Below are positions 8,853 through 18,668 of a stretch of DNA of 40,181 nucleotides, piece by piece. Below the pieces are notes generated by a model that saw nothing but the letters and a program-made list of their open reading frames with translations, did not search any database and was not told where the DNA came from. The translations under genes were made by a program, and so were the position numbers. Origin of the DNA: an uncultured Chitinophaga sp. (GTDB taxonomy: Bacteria > Bacteroidota > Bacteroidia > NS11-12g > UBA955); the NCBI GenBank assembly GCA_964600345.1, contig CAZRKA010000004.1, forward strand, positions 1 to 40,181, in the 5' to 3' direction. Numbering within the stretch: the stretch's first letter is position 1; every line of letters begins with the position of its first letter.

Positions 8853-10475
8853 TCACCATTTGCTGACAAGCGGAATTATTCTGCCTCTGCCGAATGCCTT
8901 GCCGCTCACCCTTAAAATTGGAGGTGCCTGGTAACGCTTGTATTCGTTTCGGTTAACCATACCGATAACTCTTTTTACTACAGACTCGTTGAAGCCGAGT
9001 GAAATGATATGTTCAGCGCTTTTTTGTTTATCAACGTAAAGTTCGAGAATGGCGTCCAGCAAAGCATAATCCGGTAAGCTGTCGCTGTCTTTCTGTCCGG
9101 GCCGCAATTCTGCACTGGGTGCCTTTTCTATGATTTCCTTCGGAATTATTTCTTCATCCCTGTTTATATAACGTGCAAGTTCGTATACTTTAGTTTTGTA
9201 TACATCGCCCATCACACTTAAACTGCCGCACATATCGCCATACAATGTGGTATATCCGACAGCCATCTCACTTTTATTACTTGTATTTAGGAGAATGTCG
9301 CCAAATTTATTGCTGATAGCCATAAGTATTACAGCCCTGCTTCTGGCCTGCATGTTTTCTTCGGCGATATTGAAATCAGTGCCCGAAAACAAAGGCTGCA
9401 AGGTATTTCCAAATGCGTCAAACACCTCACTTATCGGAATAACATGTTGAAGATTGCCAAGCTTGTCTGAGAGTTGTTTCGCATGCAGTACACTGCCTTC
9501 ACTGCTGAATGCAGATGGCATCATGACGGCTCTCACATTTTCGGATCCAAGGGCTGCTGATGCCAGAGCCTGAACCACAGCAGAATCTATTCCTCCTGAA
9601 GAACCAAGTACCGCCTTTTTGAAACCTGTTTTAGCAAAAAAATCCTTTATGCCGTAAACCAATGCACCATAAAGACTTTCAATATCACTTACTTGTTCTG
9701 TTTTAAGAGGGGTATATGCCGTTTCTGTATTGTAGTATGCAATGCTGTCTTTAAATACAGGAAGTTCGATAATGATTTCTCCCCTGGCATCCAGCACAAG
9801 TGAATTACCGTCAAAAATCAGGTCGCTATGTACACCGGTCTGATTGACGTAAACAAGAGGTAGATTGTATGCAGATGCCTGAACCTGTAACACACTTAAC
9901 CTCTCAGCTTTCTTGCCCAGATTAAATGGCGATGCGGATATATTGATCAGGAGTTCCGGGCTAAGCAATGACAATTCTTTCAAAGGATTATCAAGATAGT
10001 CGAAACGGTCCATTTCGTGCCATAAATCCTCACAAATAGTTAAAGCACATTTTTTACCGGCAATTACAATACATCTGAATATATCATTGACTTCAAAATA
10101 GCGCGATTCGTTGAAAACATCATAGGTAGGCAATAATGTTTTATAAACCACATCTTTAAGTTTACCATCGGCAAGTACACAGGCCGCATTATACAATCGC
10201 CGGCCGGATTCTTCAGGGTTTTCCATAGGTGAACCCAAAATTACTGTTATACCTTGGGCATGTCCGGCAATTATGTGTACAGCCTTTTCACAATCTTCTA
10301 TAAAATGCGGATAATCCAGTAAGTCGTCGGGTGGATAGGCACAAACAGCCAGTTCACTGAACACAATCAGATCTGCAGCTTCACTTTTAGCTGTTTCAAT
10401 GGCTTCGATAATCTTTTTAGAATTACCTTCAATATCGGCAATAACTAAATTGATCTGTGCGAGTGCGATCTTCAT
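8853..10475 (-). CDS. nadE: glutamine-dependent NAD+ synthetase
   Basis: An N-terminal CN-hydrolase/glutaminase domain (MKIALAQINLVIADIEGN..., FSELAVCAYPPDDL, ICEDLWH) is fused to an NAD synthetase domain with an SGGIDS PP-loop (LGSSGGIDSAVV). Confidence 0.93.
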   Translation of the reverse strand: MKIALAQINLVIADIEGNSKKIIEAIETAKSEAADLIVFSELAVCAYPPDDLLDYPHFIEDCEKAVHIIAGHAQGITVILGSPMENPEESGRRLYNAACVLADGKLKDVVYKTLLPTYDVFNESRYFEVNDIFRCIVIAGKKCALTICEDLWHEMDRFDYLDNPLKELSLLSPELLINISASPFNLGKKAERLSVLQVQASAYNLPLVYVNQTGVHSDLIFDGNSLVLDARGEIIIELPVFKDSIAYYNTETAYTPLKTEQVSDIESLYGALVYGIKDFFAKTGFKKAVLGSSGGIDSAVVQALASAALGSENVRAVMMPSAFSSEGSVLHAKQLSDKLGNLQHVIPISEVFDAFGNTLQPLFSGTDFNIAEENMQARSRAVILMAISNKFGDILLNTSNKSEMAVGYTTLYGDMCGSLSVMGDVYKTKVYELARYINRDEEIIPKEIIEKAPSAELRPGQKDSDSLPDYALLDAILELYVDKQKSAEHIISLGFNESVVKRVIGMVNRNEYKRYQAPPILRVSGKAFGRGRIIPLVSKW

Positions 10476-10527
10476 GCCGAAACTTTGTAAACAATAAGTA
10501 GCTAAAACTTTTTGCTATGAATCTGAA

Positions 10528-11265
10528 TCAGAAGAAAAGTCCGATTTCAAGTCCCAGCACATTGTTGATCATCTTGGATTTCTTGTCATCCAGGATATCG
10601 GTAAAGCCGTTGTTAAACCTGAGACCGGTGTAAAAACTGGTGTTGCCACTCAGATTGTACTCAATACCTGCCCCGAGTATCATAGAAGCACGCAGAAAGT
10701 TAATATTGTCCTTATATTCGGTAAAATCGAAGCGGTCGTACTGACCATCGTTTGGAATATACTTCTCGTTAGTAGGGAAATTCTTTGAATTGGTCATTGA
10801 TGGTTTTGCCAGGATAGTGGCATTGTTGCTGATGATAAAGCCGGGCGCTATACCAATCAATCCCCAGTACTTGATACCATTGCTTTCTTTTGTTACAAAT
10901 TTAAAATTCAAAGGTATTTCCAGGTATTTAAGATTGTATTTGTAACTAATATTATTGTACCAGTCGCCCGAACTCAACATGTAATTGCTGTCGTTTTTCA
11001 GTTTAACTCTGTTTGACATGGATGTTACCTGAATCTCCGGTGAGAAAAAGTAATTGTCTGCAAGTCTTACATCGCCCATGAGGCCGAATGAAAATCCAAT
11101 TCCCGCCCCATCGCTCTGTACATTATTGGTTTTACTCTTAACCCAGTTGAACCCCGGAACTATTTTGAATCCAATTCTGAAATCTCTGTTGTCCTGAGCA
11201 TTCGCTATCTGGCCTAAAATGAATAGTCCGGTCAATAAAAGTGAATACTTTTTCGTTATTTTCAT
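10528..11265 (-). CDS. outer-membrane beta-barrel (porin-family) protein
   Basis: Signal peptide MKITKKYSLLLTGLFILGQIANAQ, alternating beta-strand pattern, and a C-terminus LGLEIGLFF ending in an aromatic residue. Start moved to ATG 11265. Confidence 0.7.
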   Translation of the reverse strand: MKITKKYSLLLTGLFILGQIANAQDNRDFRIGFKIVPGFNWVKSKTNNVQSDGAGIGFSFGLMGDVRLADNYFFSPEIQVTSMSNRVKLKNDSNYMLSSGDWYNNISYKYNLKYLEIPLNFKFVTKESNGIKYWGLIGIAPGFIISNNATILAKPSMTNSKNFPTNEKYIPNDGQYDRFDFTEYKDNINFLRASMILGAGIEYNLSGNTSFYTGLRFNNGFTDILDDKKSKMINNVLGLEIGLFF

Positions 11266-11292
11266 TCTGATAATGGTTTTATTTGCACAAAA

Positions 11293-12306
11293 ATGAACAA
11301 AAATTTCCAATTTCCAATTAATACACTTGCAGTATTTATCCTGCTATTCTTAACATCTTGTGGCAACAACAGACTGGATGTAGACACTTCAGACATTGAA
11401 GTCAAGCTGGATATACGCCGCTTCGAAACAGAACTTTTCGAAAACAAGCTGAACGACTTTAATGCCTTTTCTGCCCGTTATCCATACTTCCTTACCGATT
11501 ATACAAAAGGTATCATCGGATTTCCCGGTACCGAGGCCGAAGCTTTCCAGCAGTTAATGTTATTCAAGACCGATGTGAATGCCAAAAAAATGTACGAACT
11601 GGTAAAGGCAAAATACGGGAATTTCGAAACATACGAAAAAGAACTTACTGAAGCTTACAAGCGGTTCAGATACTATTTTCCCAACGAAAAAATTCCGGTC
11701 ATCGTTACGTATACCGGTAATTTCAGTTTTTATCTCAATCCGGTTGGGGTTGATTATATAGGCATAGCCCTCGATATGCACATGGGTTCGGATTTTAAAT
11801 ACTACGAAATGGCTATAAACGAAAAATACTGGAGAAAGATCCTGATTCCGGAAAGCATCGTTACCAACCACATGATTGCCCATGCAAACGATTTATTTGC
11901 CGGAACCAATAAATCAGGCAATTTCACGGATGATATGATTTATTACGGCAAACTCTTGTATTTCCTTGATGCTACCTGTCCCAATGTTCCCGACCATATC
12001 AAAATCGGAATGACTAAGGCTGAATTTGACTGGTGCGTTCAGGAAGAACACAATATCTGGGCGTTTATAGTTAAAGAAAAGTATTTGTATGAAACCGACA
12101 GGCGCCGTTTCGAAAGACTGCTTAAAGAGGGACCGATGACCAATGCAAGCGGTGTTGCCGAAGGCACTCCGGCCATGATAGGCAAGTTTGCCGGCTGGAT
12201 GGCAATCAGGCAATACATGAACGAAAACAGCAATGTGACACTTCCTGATCTGATGAAGAGCAGTGATGCACAGGCTATTTTGCGCCAAAGTGCTTATAAA
12301 CCATGA
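11293..12306 (+). CDS. gldB: gliding motility lipoprotein GldB
   Basis: Lipoprotein signal (FILLFLTSCGNN), followed by DIEVKLDIRRFETELF and YYFPNEKIPVIVTYTG...IGIALDMHMGSDFKYYE. I recognise this layout from the GldB family. Confidence 0.8.
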   Translation: MNKNFQFPINTLAVFILLFLTSCGNNRLDVDTSDIEVKLDIRRFETELFENKLNDFNAFSARYPYFLTDYTKGIIGFPGTEAEAFQQLMLFKTDVNAKKMYELVKAKYGNFETYEKELTEAYKRFRYYFPNEKIPVIVTYTGNFSFYLNPVGVDYIGIALDMHMGSDFKYYEMAINEKYWRKILIPESIVTNHMIAHANDLFAGTNKSGNFTDDMIYYGKLLYFLDATCPNVPDHIKIGMTKAEFDWCVQEEHNIWAFIVKEKYLYETDRRRFERLLKEGPMTNASGVAEGTPAMIGKFAGWMAIRQYMNENSNVTLPDLMKSSDAQAILRQSAYKP

Positions 12307-12488
12307 TTGGTGAAATAAAACTAATTAAACCGGTGCTTAGCTTAACCTAACAATTCCTGAAACTGTTCTCAAAACAGAATTTTAACTCAGAAGACTCAGC
12401 GGGTGATTAACTTAAATTAATAGGTTTAACTAAAAAGTTAAATTACTGTTCTGTTCTTTATATTAAACGGTGGCTGAGTTCTGAATTT

Positions 12489-14288
12489 TTAACCAATCAT
12501 CATATGCGTGGTAGCATATTTGTAATCGGCATTTATGGCCCTGGAACTTAATGAGAAGGCCAGGGTTACAATACCAACCCGACCAACAAACATTGCAAAA
12601 GTCAGAATTAGTTTTCCTGCATCACTTAGTCCTGACGTAATACCTGTGCTCAATCCGACTGTTGCAAACGCAGAAACAGATTCGTAGGCAAGTCTTATCA
12701 GCTCGGTGTTTTGTTCTGTAAAAGACAATAAAGTGATAACGAGCAATACAAACAAACCTGAGAATACCACTACTGCAAATGCCTTGTAAACCAGTTCCTG
12801 CGCAATGCGGCGATTGCCCAGAGACATTTCCTTTTTACCGCGTATAGTGCCAATTACCGCAACCATCATAACAATAAAAGTACTGGTCTTGATACCACCG
12901 CCGGTTGAAGCAGAAGAGGCGCCGATAAACATCAGGAATATGGACAATAAAAGCAGGGTAGTGGGAAGATGTTCCAGACTTATAGTGTTAAAACCACTTG
13001 TTCTGAGATTGACAGACTGGAAAAAACAAATAGCAATTTTAGCTATAGTTGATTGGTCTTTGTAATATTCCTGTACATGAAGGAAATAAAAAGAAGCCAT
13101 ACCAACCAGTATCAGGACAAAACTGGTATAAATGGCAATTTTAGAACTCAGTTTCCAGTCTTTCCATGGTTCGGCAAGTCTGGATCTAAGCATTAATGGA
13201 GAAAACACGTCGCGGATAACAGGAAAACCAAGGCTTCCGAAAAAGATGATGACTCCCATGAAAATATGCAGCATGTAAAGTTCTGAAACCAATGGTGTTT
13301 CAAAGTTGAAATCGAAAGTCGAGAAACCGGCGTTGCAGAAAGCCGAAATACTGTGAAAAACAGAAGTGTAAATCCGGTGTCCCGGACTGCTGAAATTGTA
13401 ATCGCCCCATAGGACGTATAGTCCGAGTGCTCCCAGACCCTCAATGATAAACGTCATAACGAGAATTCGTTTTATCAGATAAAAACTACCTGATATATTT
13501 TCAGCATCCAGCAATTCGTTCATCGCAATCTGGTGCTTAACTCCTATGCCCTTTTTAATAAATGAAGCAAAGAAAGAAGCGAATGTGAGTATACCTATAC
13601 CTCCGAGTTGTATAAGCATCAAAATCACCATCTGGCCTTTGATATTGAAGAATGTGGACGTGTTTACAACTGTCAACCCGGTGACACAACTGGCACTTGC
13701 ACTGGTAAATAAAGCGTCTATGAAATTGAGTGCATGTCCTGTGTTGTTAAATCCGGGCAATGTAAGTAGTAATCCTCCTCCAAATATTAAAATCAGGAAT
13801 GAATAAAGAAACAGGGTAGTAGGCTTTAGCTTGGAAGTGTAGATAGAATTTACTGATCGGATAAGCTCGAGACCGGCAAAAAACAATAGGAAAAACTGTA
13901 TGAAAAAGTGGTAAATCGACCGGTAATTGGGCACATCCAGTTTTATTAAAAGCTTTTCAAGCATTGGATGTCCAAATATGAAATAACTTATTCCATCGTA
14001 TATAACAAGTAAAACTAAAAGGGCTTCAAATGCATTGGAAGTCAAGTAACTTAAGCGTTGCTTTGCCAATGCAAGGCGTATAAAAAATCCCAGTATAAAT
14101 ATCAGATAAAAAAACCTGGTGATAACAAATATCATATTGATATTTTCCTGAGTGTGAATAAAGCCATAGTGGTAAACCATGACACTTAATACAAGCAATG
14201 AAGAAATAACTGTAAATATCCTGAGGAGTTTCAGAATCAGTTCTTCATTTTTGAATAGAAAAAATGATATTTTTTTATTCAGACTCAA
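12489..14288 (-). CDS. TrkH/KtrB-family cation (K+) transporter with N-terminal hydrophobic extension
   Basis: Filter-like repeats ALFTSASASCVTGLTV, QLGGIGILTF, SAFCNAGFS, GASSASTGGGIKTST and SAFATVGLSTG are typical of TrkH/KtrB. About 150 extra N-terminal residues carry roughly 4 helices. The TTG start overlaps the upstream stop (TTGA). Confidence 0.85.
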   Translation of the reverse strand: MSLNKKISFFLFKNEELILKLLRIFTVISSLLVLSVMVYHYGFIHTQENINMIFVITRFFYLIFILGFFIRLALAKQRLSYLTSNAFEALLVLLVIYDGISYFIFGHPMLEKLLIKLDVPNYRSIYHFFIQFFLLFFAGLELIRSVNSIYTSKLKPTTLFLYSFLILIFGGGLLLTLPGFNNTGHALNFIDALFTSASASCVTGLTVVNTSTFFNIKGQMVILMLIQLGGIGILTFASFFASFIKKGIGVKHQIAMNELLDAENISGSFYLIKRILVMTFIIEGLGALGLYVLWGDYNFSSPGHRIYTSVFHSISAFCNAGFSTFDFNFETPLVSELYMLHIFMGVIIFFGSLGFPVIRDVFSPLMLRSRLAEPWKDWKLSSKIAIYTSFVLILVGMASFYFLHVQEYYKDQSTIAKIAICFFQSVNLRTSGFNTISLEHLPTTLLLLSIFLMFIGASSASTGGGIKTSTFIVMMVAVIGTIRGKKEMSLGNRRIAQELVYKAFAVVVFSGLFVLLVITLLSFTEQNTELIRLAYESVSAFATVGLSTGITSGLSDAGKLILTFAMFVGRVGIVTLAFSLSSRAINADYKYATTHMMIG

Positions 14289-15268
14289 CGGCTTTCTGAA
14301 CTAAGATAACGAGCTTCCTTCTTTAGTTTATCAATGTCAATTGGCACTACACCGCTTTCTTCACAAACCAGTCCGCCTGCAAGATTGGATAACTCTGCCA
14401 GTGAGCGCATATCCATGCCACATGCCAGACAAAGAGATGCTACACTGATTACGGTATCACCAGCACCACTTACGTCTGAAATATTGCGGATATGGGCCGG
14501 TATGAATTCGAATTCGCTGTGATCAGTAATCATAACGCCGTCTTCACTAAGTGTAACCATACTGAAGGTATTTCCCAATTGACTGTTAAGTTCTTTGACG
14601 GCCTCAATCAGGTTTTCCCTTTTTTTGAGATTTTTATCAGAATTCAGACCTTCTTTAATTTCTTTCAGGTTGGGTTTGAATAGCGTAACGCCTTTGTATT
14701 CGAGGAAGTTTTTCTTTTTTGGATCAACTGCAACAGGTTTACCCGCTTCTTTGGCAATTCTGATCAGTTCCGGAATATTCTCCTGACATAATACGCCCTT
14801 ATTGTAGTCTTCGAGAATTACCACATCACAATCATTTACATGTTTGCTGAACGTGTCGAGCAGGTTTTGCATTTCATCCGGATCAATATCGCTTGTCATT
14901 TCCTGATCAAGTCTTAGCAACTGATGTTTGTTTCCCAGTATTCTGGTTTTGGTTGTAGTTTTCCTGTTTCCCGAGCGAATAATGCCTTCAGTAGGCATTC
15001 CGTGTTTTTTGATAAGTTCAAGGAACTCGTCACCTTCTTTGTCTTTTCCAATTACAGAACACAAAACCGGAACTGCATTAAGTGCAGAAATATTAAGCGC
15101 CACATTTGCGGCTCCACCTAAACGGGTATCATAACCTTCAATATTTACCACCGGAACCGGCGCTTCGGGCGACAGTCGATCCACTTTACCCATGATATAG
15201 GCATCCAGCATGACATCGCCTACTATCAGTACTTTCTTGCCTTCAAATGCTTCTATCATCTCATCCAT
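14285..15268 (-). CDS. PfkB-family sugar kinase, RfaE/HldE domain-I-like (heptose-7-phosphate kinase-like)
   Basis: VGDVMLDAY, GGAANVA and a C-terminal DVSGAGDTVISV motif indicate the ribokinase fold. Size and layout match RfaE domain I. The ATG overlaps the upstream stop (TAATG). Confidence 0.8.
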   Translation of the reverse strand: MDEMIEAFEGKKVLIVGDVMLDAYIMGKVDRLSPEAPVPVVNIEGYDTRLGGAANVALNISALNAVPVLCSVIGKDKEGDEFLELIKKHGMPTEGIIRSGNRKTTTKTRILGNKHQLLRLDQEMTSDIDPDEMQNLLDTFSKHVNDCDVVILEDYNKGVLCQENIPELIRIAKEAGKPVAVDPKKKNFLEYKGVTLFKPNLKEIKEGLNSDKNLKKRENLIEAVKELNSQLGNTFSMVTLSEDGVMITDHSEFEFIPAHIRNISDVSGAGDTVISVASLCLACGMDMRSLAELSNLAGGLVCEESGVVPIDIDKLKKEARYLSSESR

Positions 15269-16479
15269 TATTTCAGTTTAAGCAATGCTTCTTTTATTCT
15301 GCCCATAGCTTTTATCAGGTTTTCTTCGCTGGTTGCATAAGACAGTCTGATACAATTGTCGTTTCCAAATGCAGAGCCCGCAACGGTTACCACATAAACC
15401 TCATTCAAAATATGCATACAGATGTCCTGAGAATTTCTCATGATCTTATCACCGGATCTTTTGCCGTAAAAGGAACTCACATCGGGAAACAGATAAAAAG
15501 CTCCTTGTGGTAAGCTCAGTTTCAATCCGGGTATTTCTTTGAGAATATTATAACAAAGATCACGTCGCTTTTTAAATGCCTCACGCATTTCGAATGTAGG
15601 CGTAAGATCACTGTCGAGCGCAGCAATGGTGGCTTTCTGGGCAATGGCATTGGTACCGCTGGTAAACTGACTCTGAAGCTTCTCGCAGGCATAGGCTATT
15701 TCTTTGGGTGCACCAATATAACCAATTCTCCAGCCGGTCATAGAAAAAGCCTTGGAAACCCCGTTTACAGTAACGGTTCTATTTATCAGGCTTCCAAAAG
15801 AAGCGATGCTGTGGTGTTTGCCTTCAAAACTGATATGCTCATAAATTTCATCGCTTATGATGTAAATGCCGGTGTGTTTTTCGAAAACGTCTGCCAGAGC
15901 TTTAAGTTCATCCTCGCTGTATATCATCCCACTTGGATTGTTGGGACTGCTGAACATAAACAACTTTGTTTTGGGTGTTATAGCGGCCTCCAGTTGTTCG
16001 GGACTTATTTTGTAATCAGATTCTACACTGGTGTCGATATATACGGCTTTACCTTCTGCGAGGCTTACCATATCGGCATAGCTAACCCAGAAGGGTCTCG
16101 GAATAATTACTTCATCACCCGGATTTACCAGTGCAAGTACTGCATTCATAATTGAATTCTTTGCGCCGGTACTCACTATTATCTGGTCTGTGTTGTAGTG
16201 TAGTCTGTTTTCTCGCAGAAATTTTCTGGAAATGGATTCTTTCAGATCAGGGATACCCGCTACCGGCGTATAAAAGGTAAAATTTTCTTCAATGGCTTTG
16301 ATAGCGGCTTTCTTAATGTGATCAGGCGTAAAGAAATCGGGTTCTCCAAAACTAAGACTTATAATGTCTTTGCCCTCGGCTTTAAGCGCCCGGCCTAATT
16401 TTGCCATGGCTATAGTTTCAGACTCTGAGATGCGATTAAGCCTGTCGGCTATCATCGATTTGTCTTCTTTTGTTGTCAA
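15268..16479 (-). CDS. pyridoxal-phosphate-dependent aminotransferase (aspartate aminotransferase-like, class I)
   Basis: SLSFGEPDFFTP, SSPNNPSG, SKAFSMTGWRIGY (PLP lysine) and RLSYATS. The start is either TTG 16479 or ATG 16455. Confidence 0.9.
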   Translation of the reverse strand: MTTKEDKSMIADRLNRISESETIAMAKLGRALKAEGKDIISLSFGEPDFFTPDHIKKAAIKAIEENFTFYTPVAGIPDLKESISRKFLRENRLHYNTDQIIVSTGAKNSIMNAVLALVNPGDEVIIPRPFWVSYADMVSLAEGKAVYIDTSVESDYKISPEQLEAAITPKTKLFMFSSPNNPSGMIYSEDELKALADVFEKHTGIYIISDEIYEHISFEGKHHSIASFGSLINRTVTVNGVSKAFSMTGWRIGYIGAPKEIAYACEKLQSQFTSGTNAIAQKATIAALDSDLTPTFEMREAFKKRRDLCYNILKEIPGLKLSLPQGAFYLFPDVSSFYGKRSGDKIMRNSQDICMHILNEVYVVTVAGSAFGNDNCIRLSYATSEENLIKAMGRIKEALLKLK

Positions 16480-16496
16480 AATTCTTAGATAAAGTG

Positions 16497-16504
16497 CAAA
16501 CGTA
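16497..16504 (-). promoter_or_regulatory. candidate -7 box (TACGTTTG)
   Basis: The reverse complement of caaacgta is an exact TAnnTTTG, 18 nt upstream of TTG 16479 and 42 nt upstream of ATG 16455. Confidence 0.4.
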
Positions 16505-16629
16505 CTTCAAAATAAGGAAATCAGGAAATATTACTTGTTGAAAACTGCTTCGGAATGGATGATTTACAAGACAATGGAAGTGCAGATCAAAAACTTTGCT
16601 TTAGAAGTGAATTTAAATGAAGTGAATCA

Positions 16630-17679
16630 TCACGACTTGCAGGCTGAATTGAATTTAGAAAAGCGTTTGACGGTTTTTTTAGGTTGAAGGTAGGGTTTGC
16701 ATTTCTCAAAATAGACTAGCTCCATTGTAGTGGCATCTATGATGTAAAAGCAATTCAATTCAAGGGCATAAAAATAAAAGTAAAAATGTTCACCTTTGCT
16801 CATTTTATTATAAGCTAACTGAGCTATACCGGTATTATTATCCCGGTAATGTAAATGTCTGAAAAATTTAACCTGATGTAATTCGTAGTCTTTCTCGTGG
16901 CTGCTCAAACTGCCATATAGATTTTCCATGTCGAGAATCTGGTTGATGTATATGGTATCAGTTTGTTTGACACCGCATGGAGACTCGGATTTTTCAATCT
17001 TTTGTTTAAAAATATTGCCGTTGATCTTTTCATGAAGATAAAGGGCAATCTGTAGCGGATTTATCCAGTCGCTGGCCCGGTCGAGTTCAGACAGCTTAAC
17101 AACTGTATCATTGATATTGCTGTGATTCATCCATAATTTGAGTATTTTTTCTGCTTTTAGTTCCTTTCCATTGAAATTCACAAGTTCCAGTTGATGCTCA
17201 AAATAGTTATATGTTTTGGCAATCTGTGTATTGCCCTGAGTTACATAATAAGTCTGAGATTTACCTTCTGATTTTATGTCAAAAAAGTAGTACGATTGTT
17301 TGATATAGGCAGGTTCTACAATCTTTGCAGTGTCTTTTAATTCAAGACCTAAACGTTTGGCCGATTCTCTAGCCATGGCGCTGAAATCTATTTTAACTCC
17401 GTGTGCTTTCAAATAATCATCAGCTGCATTCGCCCTTAGCTTAAACAAATCGGTTCTTGTTTTGTAAATTTCTTCGGGTATGTAGCGGTGAAAATCCTTT
17501 TTGTTGTCTATAAACACGACTTTCATCTCAGGAAATTTCAGTTTAATAAAATTGCAGTAAAGCTGATTGACAGATTCATTATTTGAGAAATAAACCAGCA
17601 AGGTATCCCTTTGGTTAATGGCATTTGCTTTCAGACAGAAACCAAAGAATAGTAAACCCAAAAATCTCAAGACTTTCAT
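16630..17679 (-). CDS. hypothetical secreted protein (no family recognised)
   Basis: 349-aa ORF with signal peptide MKVLRFLGLLFFGFCLKANA. Lys/Asn/Tyr-rich. No motif recognised. Confidence 0.55.
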   Translation of the reverse strand: MKVLRFLGLLFFGFCLKANAINQRDTLLVYFSNNESVNQLYCNFIKLKFPEMKVVFIDNKKDFHRYIPEEIYKTRTDLFKLRANAADDYLKAHGVKIDFSAMARESAKRLGLELKDTAKIVEPAYIKQSYYFFDIKSEGKSQTYYVTQGNTQIAKTYNYFEHQLELVNFNGKELKAEKILKLWMNHSNINDTVVKLSELDRASDWINPLQIALYLHEKINGNIFKQKIEKSESPCGVKQTDTIYINQILDMENLYGSLSSHEKDYELHQVKFFRHLHYRDNNTGIAQLAYNKMSKGEHFYFYFYALELNCFYIIDATTMELVYFEKCKPYLQPKKTVKRFSKFNSACKS

Positions 17680-17870
17680 GAGGCAAATGTATAATTTATG
17701 AATATAACTTAAATGAAAACGATTTTAAACAGTCCGGAATTGCTGAAAACAAAAGAAATATTATAAATTAAGTATCTTAAAATTTAAATATATCTGATTG
17801 ATTACCTAGCAATTGTAATTTACTAATAAAAATTTGTTCGTTTTTTATTGAACCAAAATTAAAATACATT

Positions 17871-17878
17871 TAGGTTTG
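17871..17878 (+). promoter_or_regulatory. candidate -7 box (TAGGTTTG)
   Basis: Exact TAnnTTTG, 26 nt upstream of the ATG at 17904, in a 224-nt AT-rich divergent intergenic region. Confidence 0.4.
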
Positions 17879-17903
17879 CTTCCCGAAATTAACAAAATAT
17901 ATA

Positions 17904-18554
17904 ATGAAAAACACAATTAAAACTAATTCAATCATCCTGATTATGTCAGTATTGCTGACATTTACTTTATCATGCCGAAAGGAAAACGACCGATTCAGAA
18001 AAGGTACAAGCAAAAAATGCGTTGTAAATGATGTACGCGGTAACCGTTTAGTACTTACCCCGCACGGATTATTCAAGGAAACTGTATCAATGGAAGGCTT
18101 GAAAGACTTTAATCAGTCTGAAAACTTTGATGCTTCTGCCAAACGCGGTAACCCTAATACAATAGTAAACGGCGAAATGATTGCTGAAGGATTCTCTGTT
18201 TCGAATTTTTATGTCACCTTCGGCGCAGTTATCAACAAAAAAGGTACTCATGGGAAAATAAACTGGTCCGGTACTGACTTCGGTGTAGATACACTGGATG
18301 TGCATTACCTGAGCGTTGATGGTAATGAAGCTGTTGTTGGAGGTATAGTCAATTCTGATAACTGGTATTTCCCAAAAGGATATTATATCTGTTTTAAAGT
18401 AAAGGACAATGGCACATCCAAGACCGGTACTTTCGATCAATTGAACAACCATTTGTTTTACTCTTCAACAGACAATGGAAGCGGCCTCACACCTTCAAGC
18501 GGTTTCTGGAGTACCGGCTGGTATAAGCTAAACAGCCAGGTTAAAATCAAATAA
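17904..18554 (+). CDS. hypothetical lipoprotein (no family recognised)
   Basis: The signal SIILIMSVLLTFTLSC has a lipobox Cys. The rest is a beta-rich Gly/Asn/Ser/Thr-rich sequence with no recognised motif. Confidence 0.55.
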   Translation: MKNTIKTNSIILIMSVLLTFTLSCRKENDRFRKGTSKKCVVNDVRGNRLVLTPHGLFKETVSMEGLKDFNQSENFDASAKRGNPNTIVNGEMIAEGFSVSNFYVTFGAVINKKGTHGKINWSGTDFGVDTLDVHYLSVDGNEAVVGGIVNSDNWYFPKGYYICFKVKDNGTSKTGTFDQLNNHLFYSSTDNGSGLTPSSGFWSTGWYKLNSQVKIK

Positions 18555-18668
18555 CAAAGGATTCCTTATCGGTATTCATATCTGGGGATTATTTTCCTGA
18601 TCCTAATTAGTTATGCAACTTATTTTGCGTGCTTAGAGATATATTGCGCATTATAAAAAGTAATCACA

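Noticed and set aside
12394-12405. The 12-mer ACTCAGCGGGTG occurs twice (12394-12405 and 19446-19457), with a partial inverted copy (GCTGAGT) near 12472.
   Set aside because: The second copy is the last codons plus stop of gldG, in reverse complement. There are no flanking repeats or extended similarity, so this is most likely coincidence or a weak terminator stem between convergent genes.
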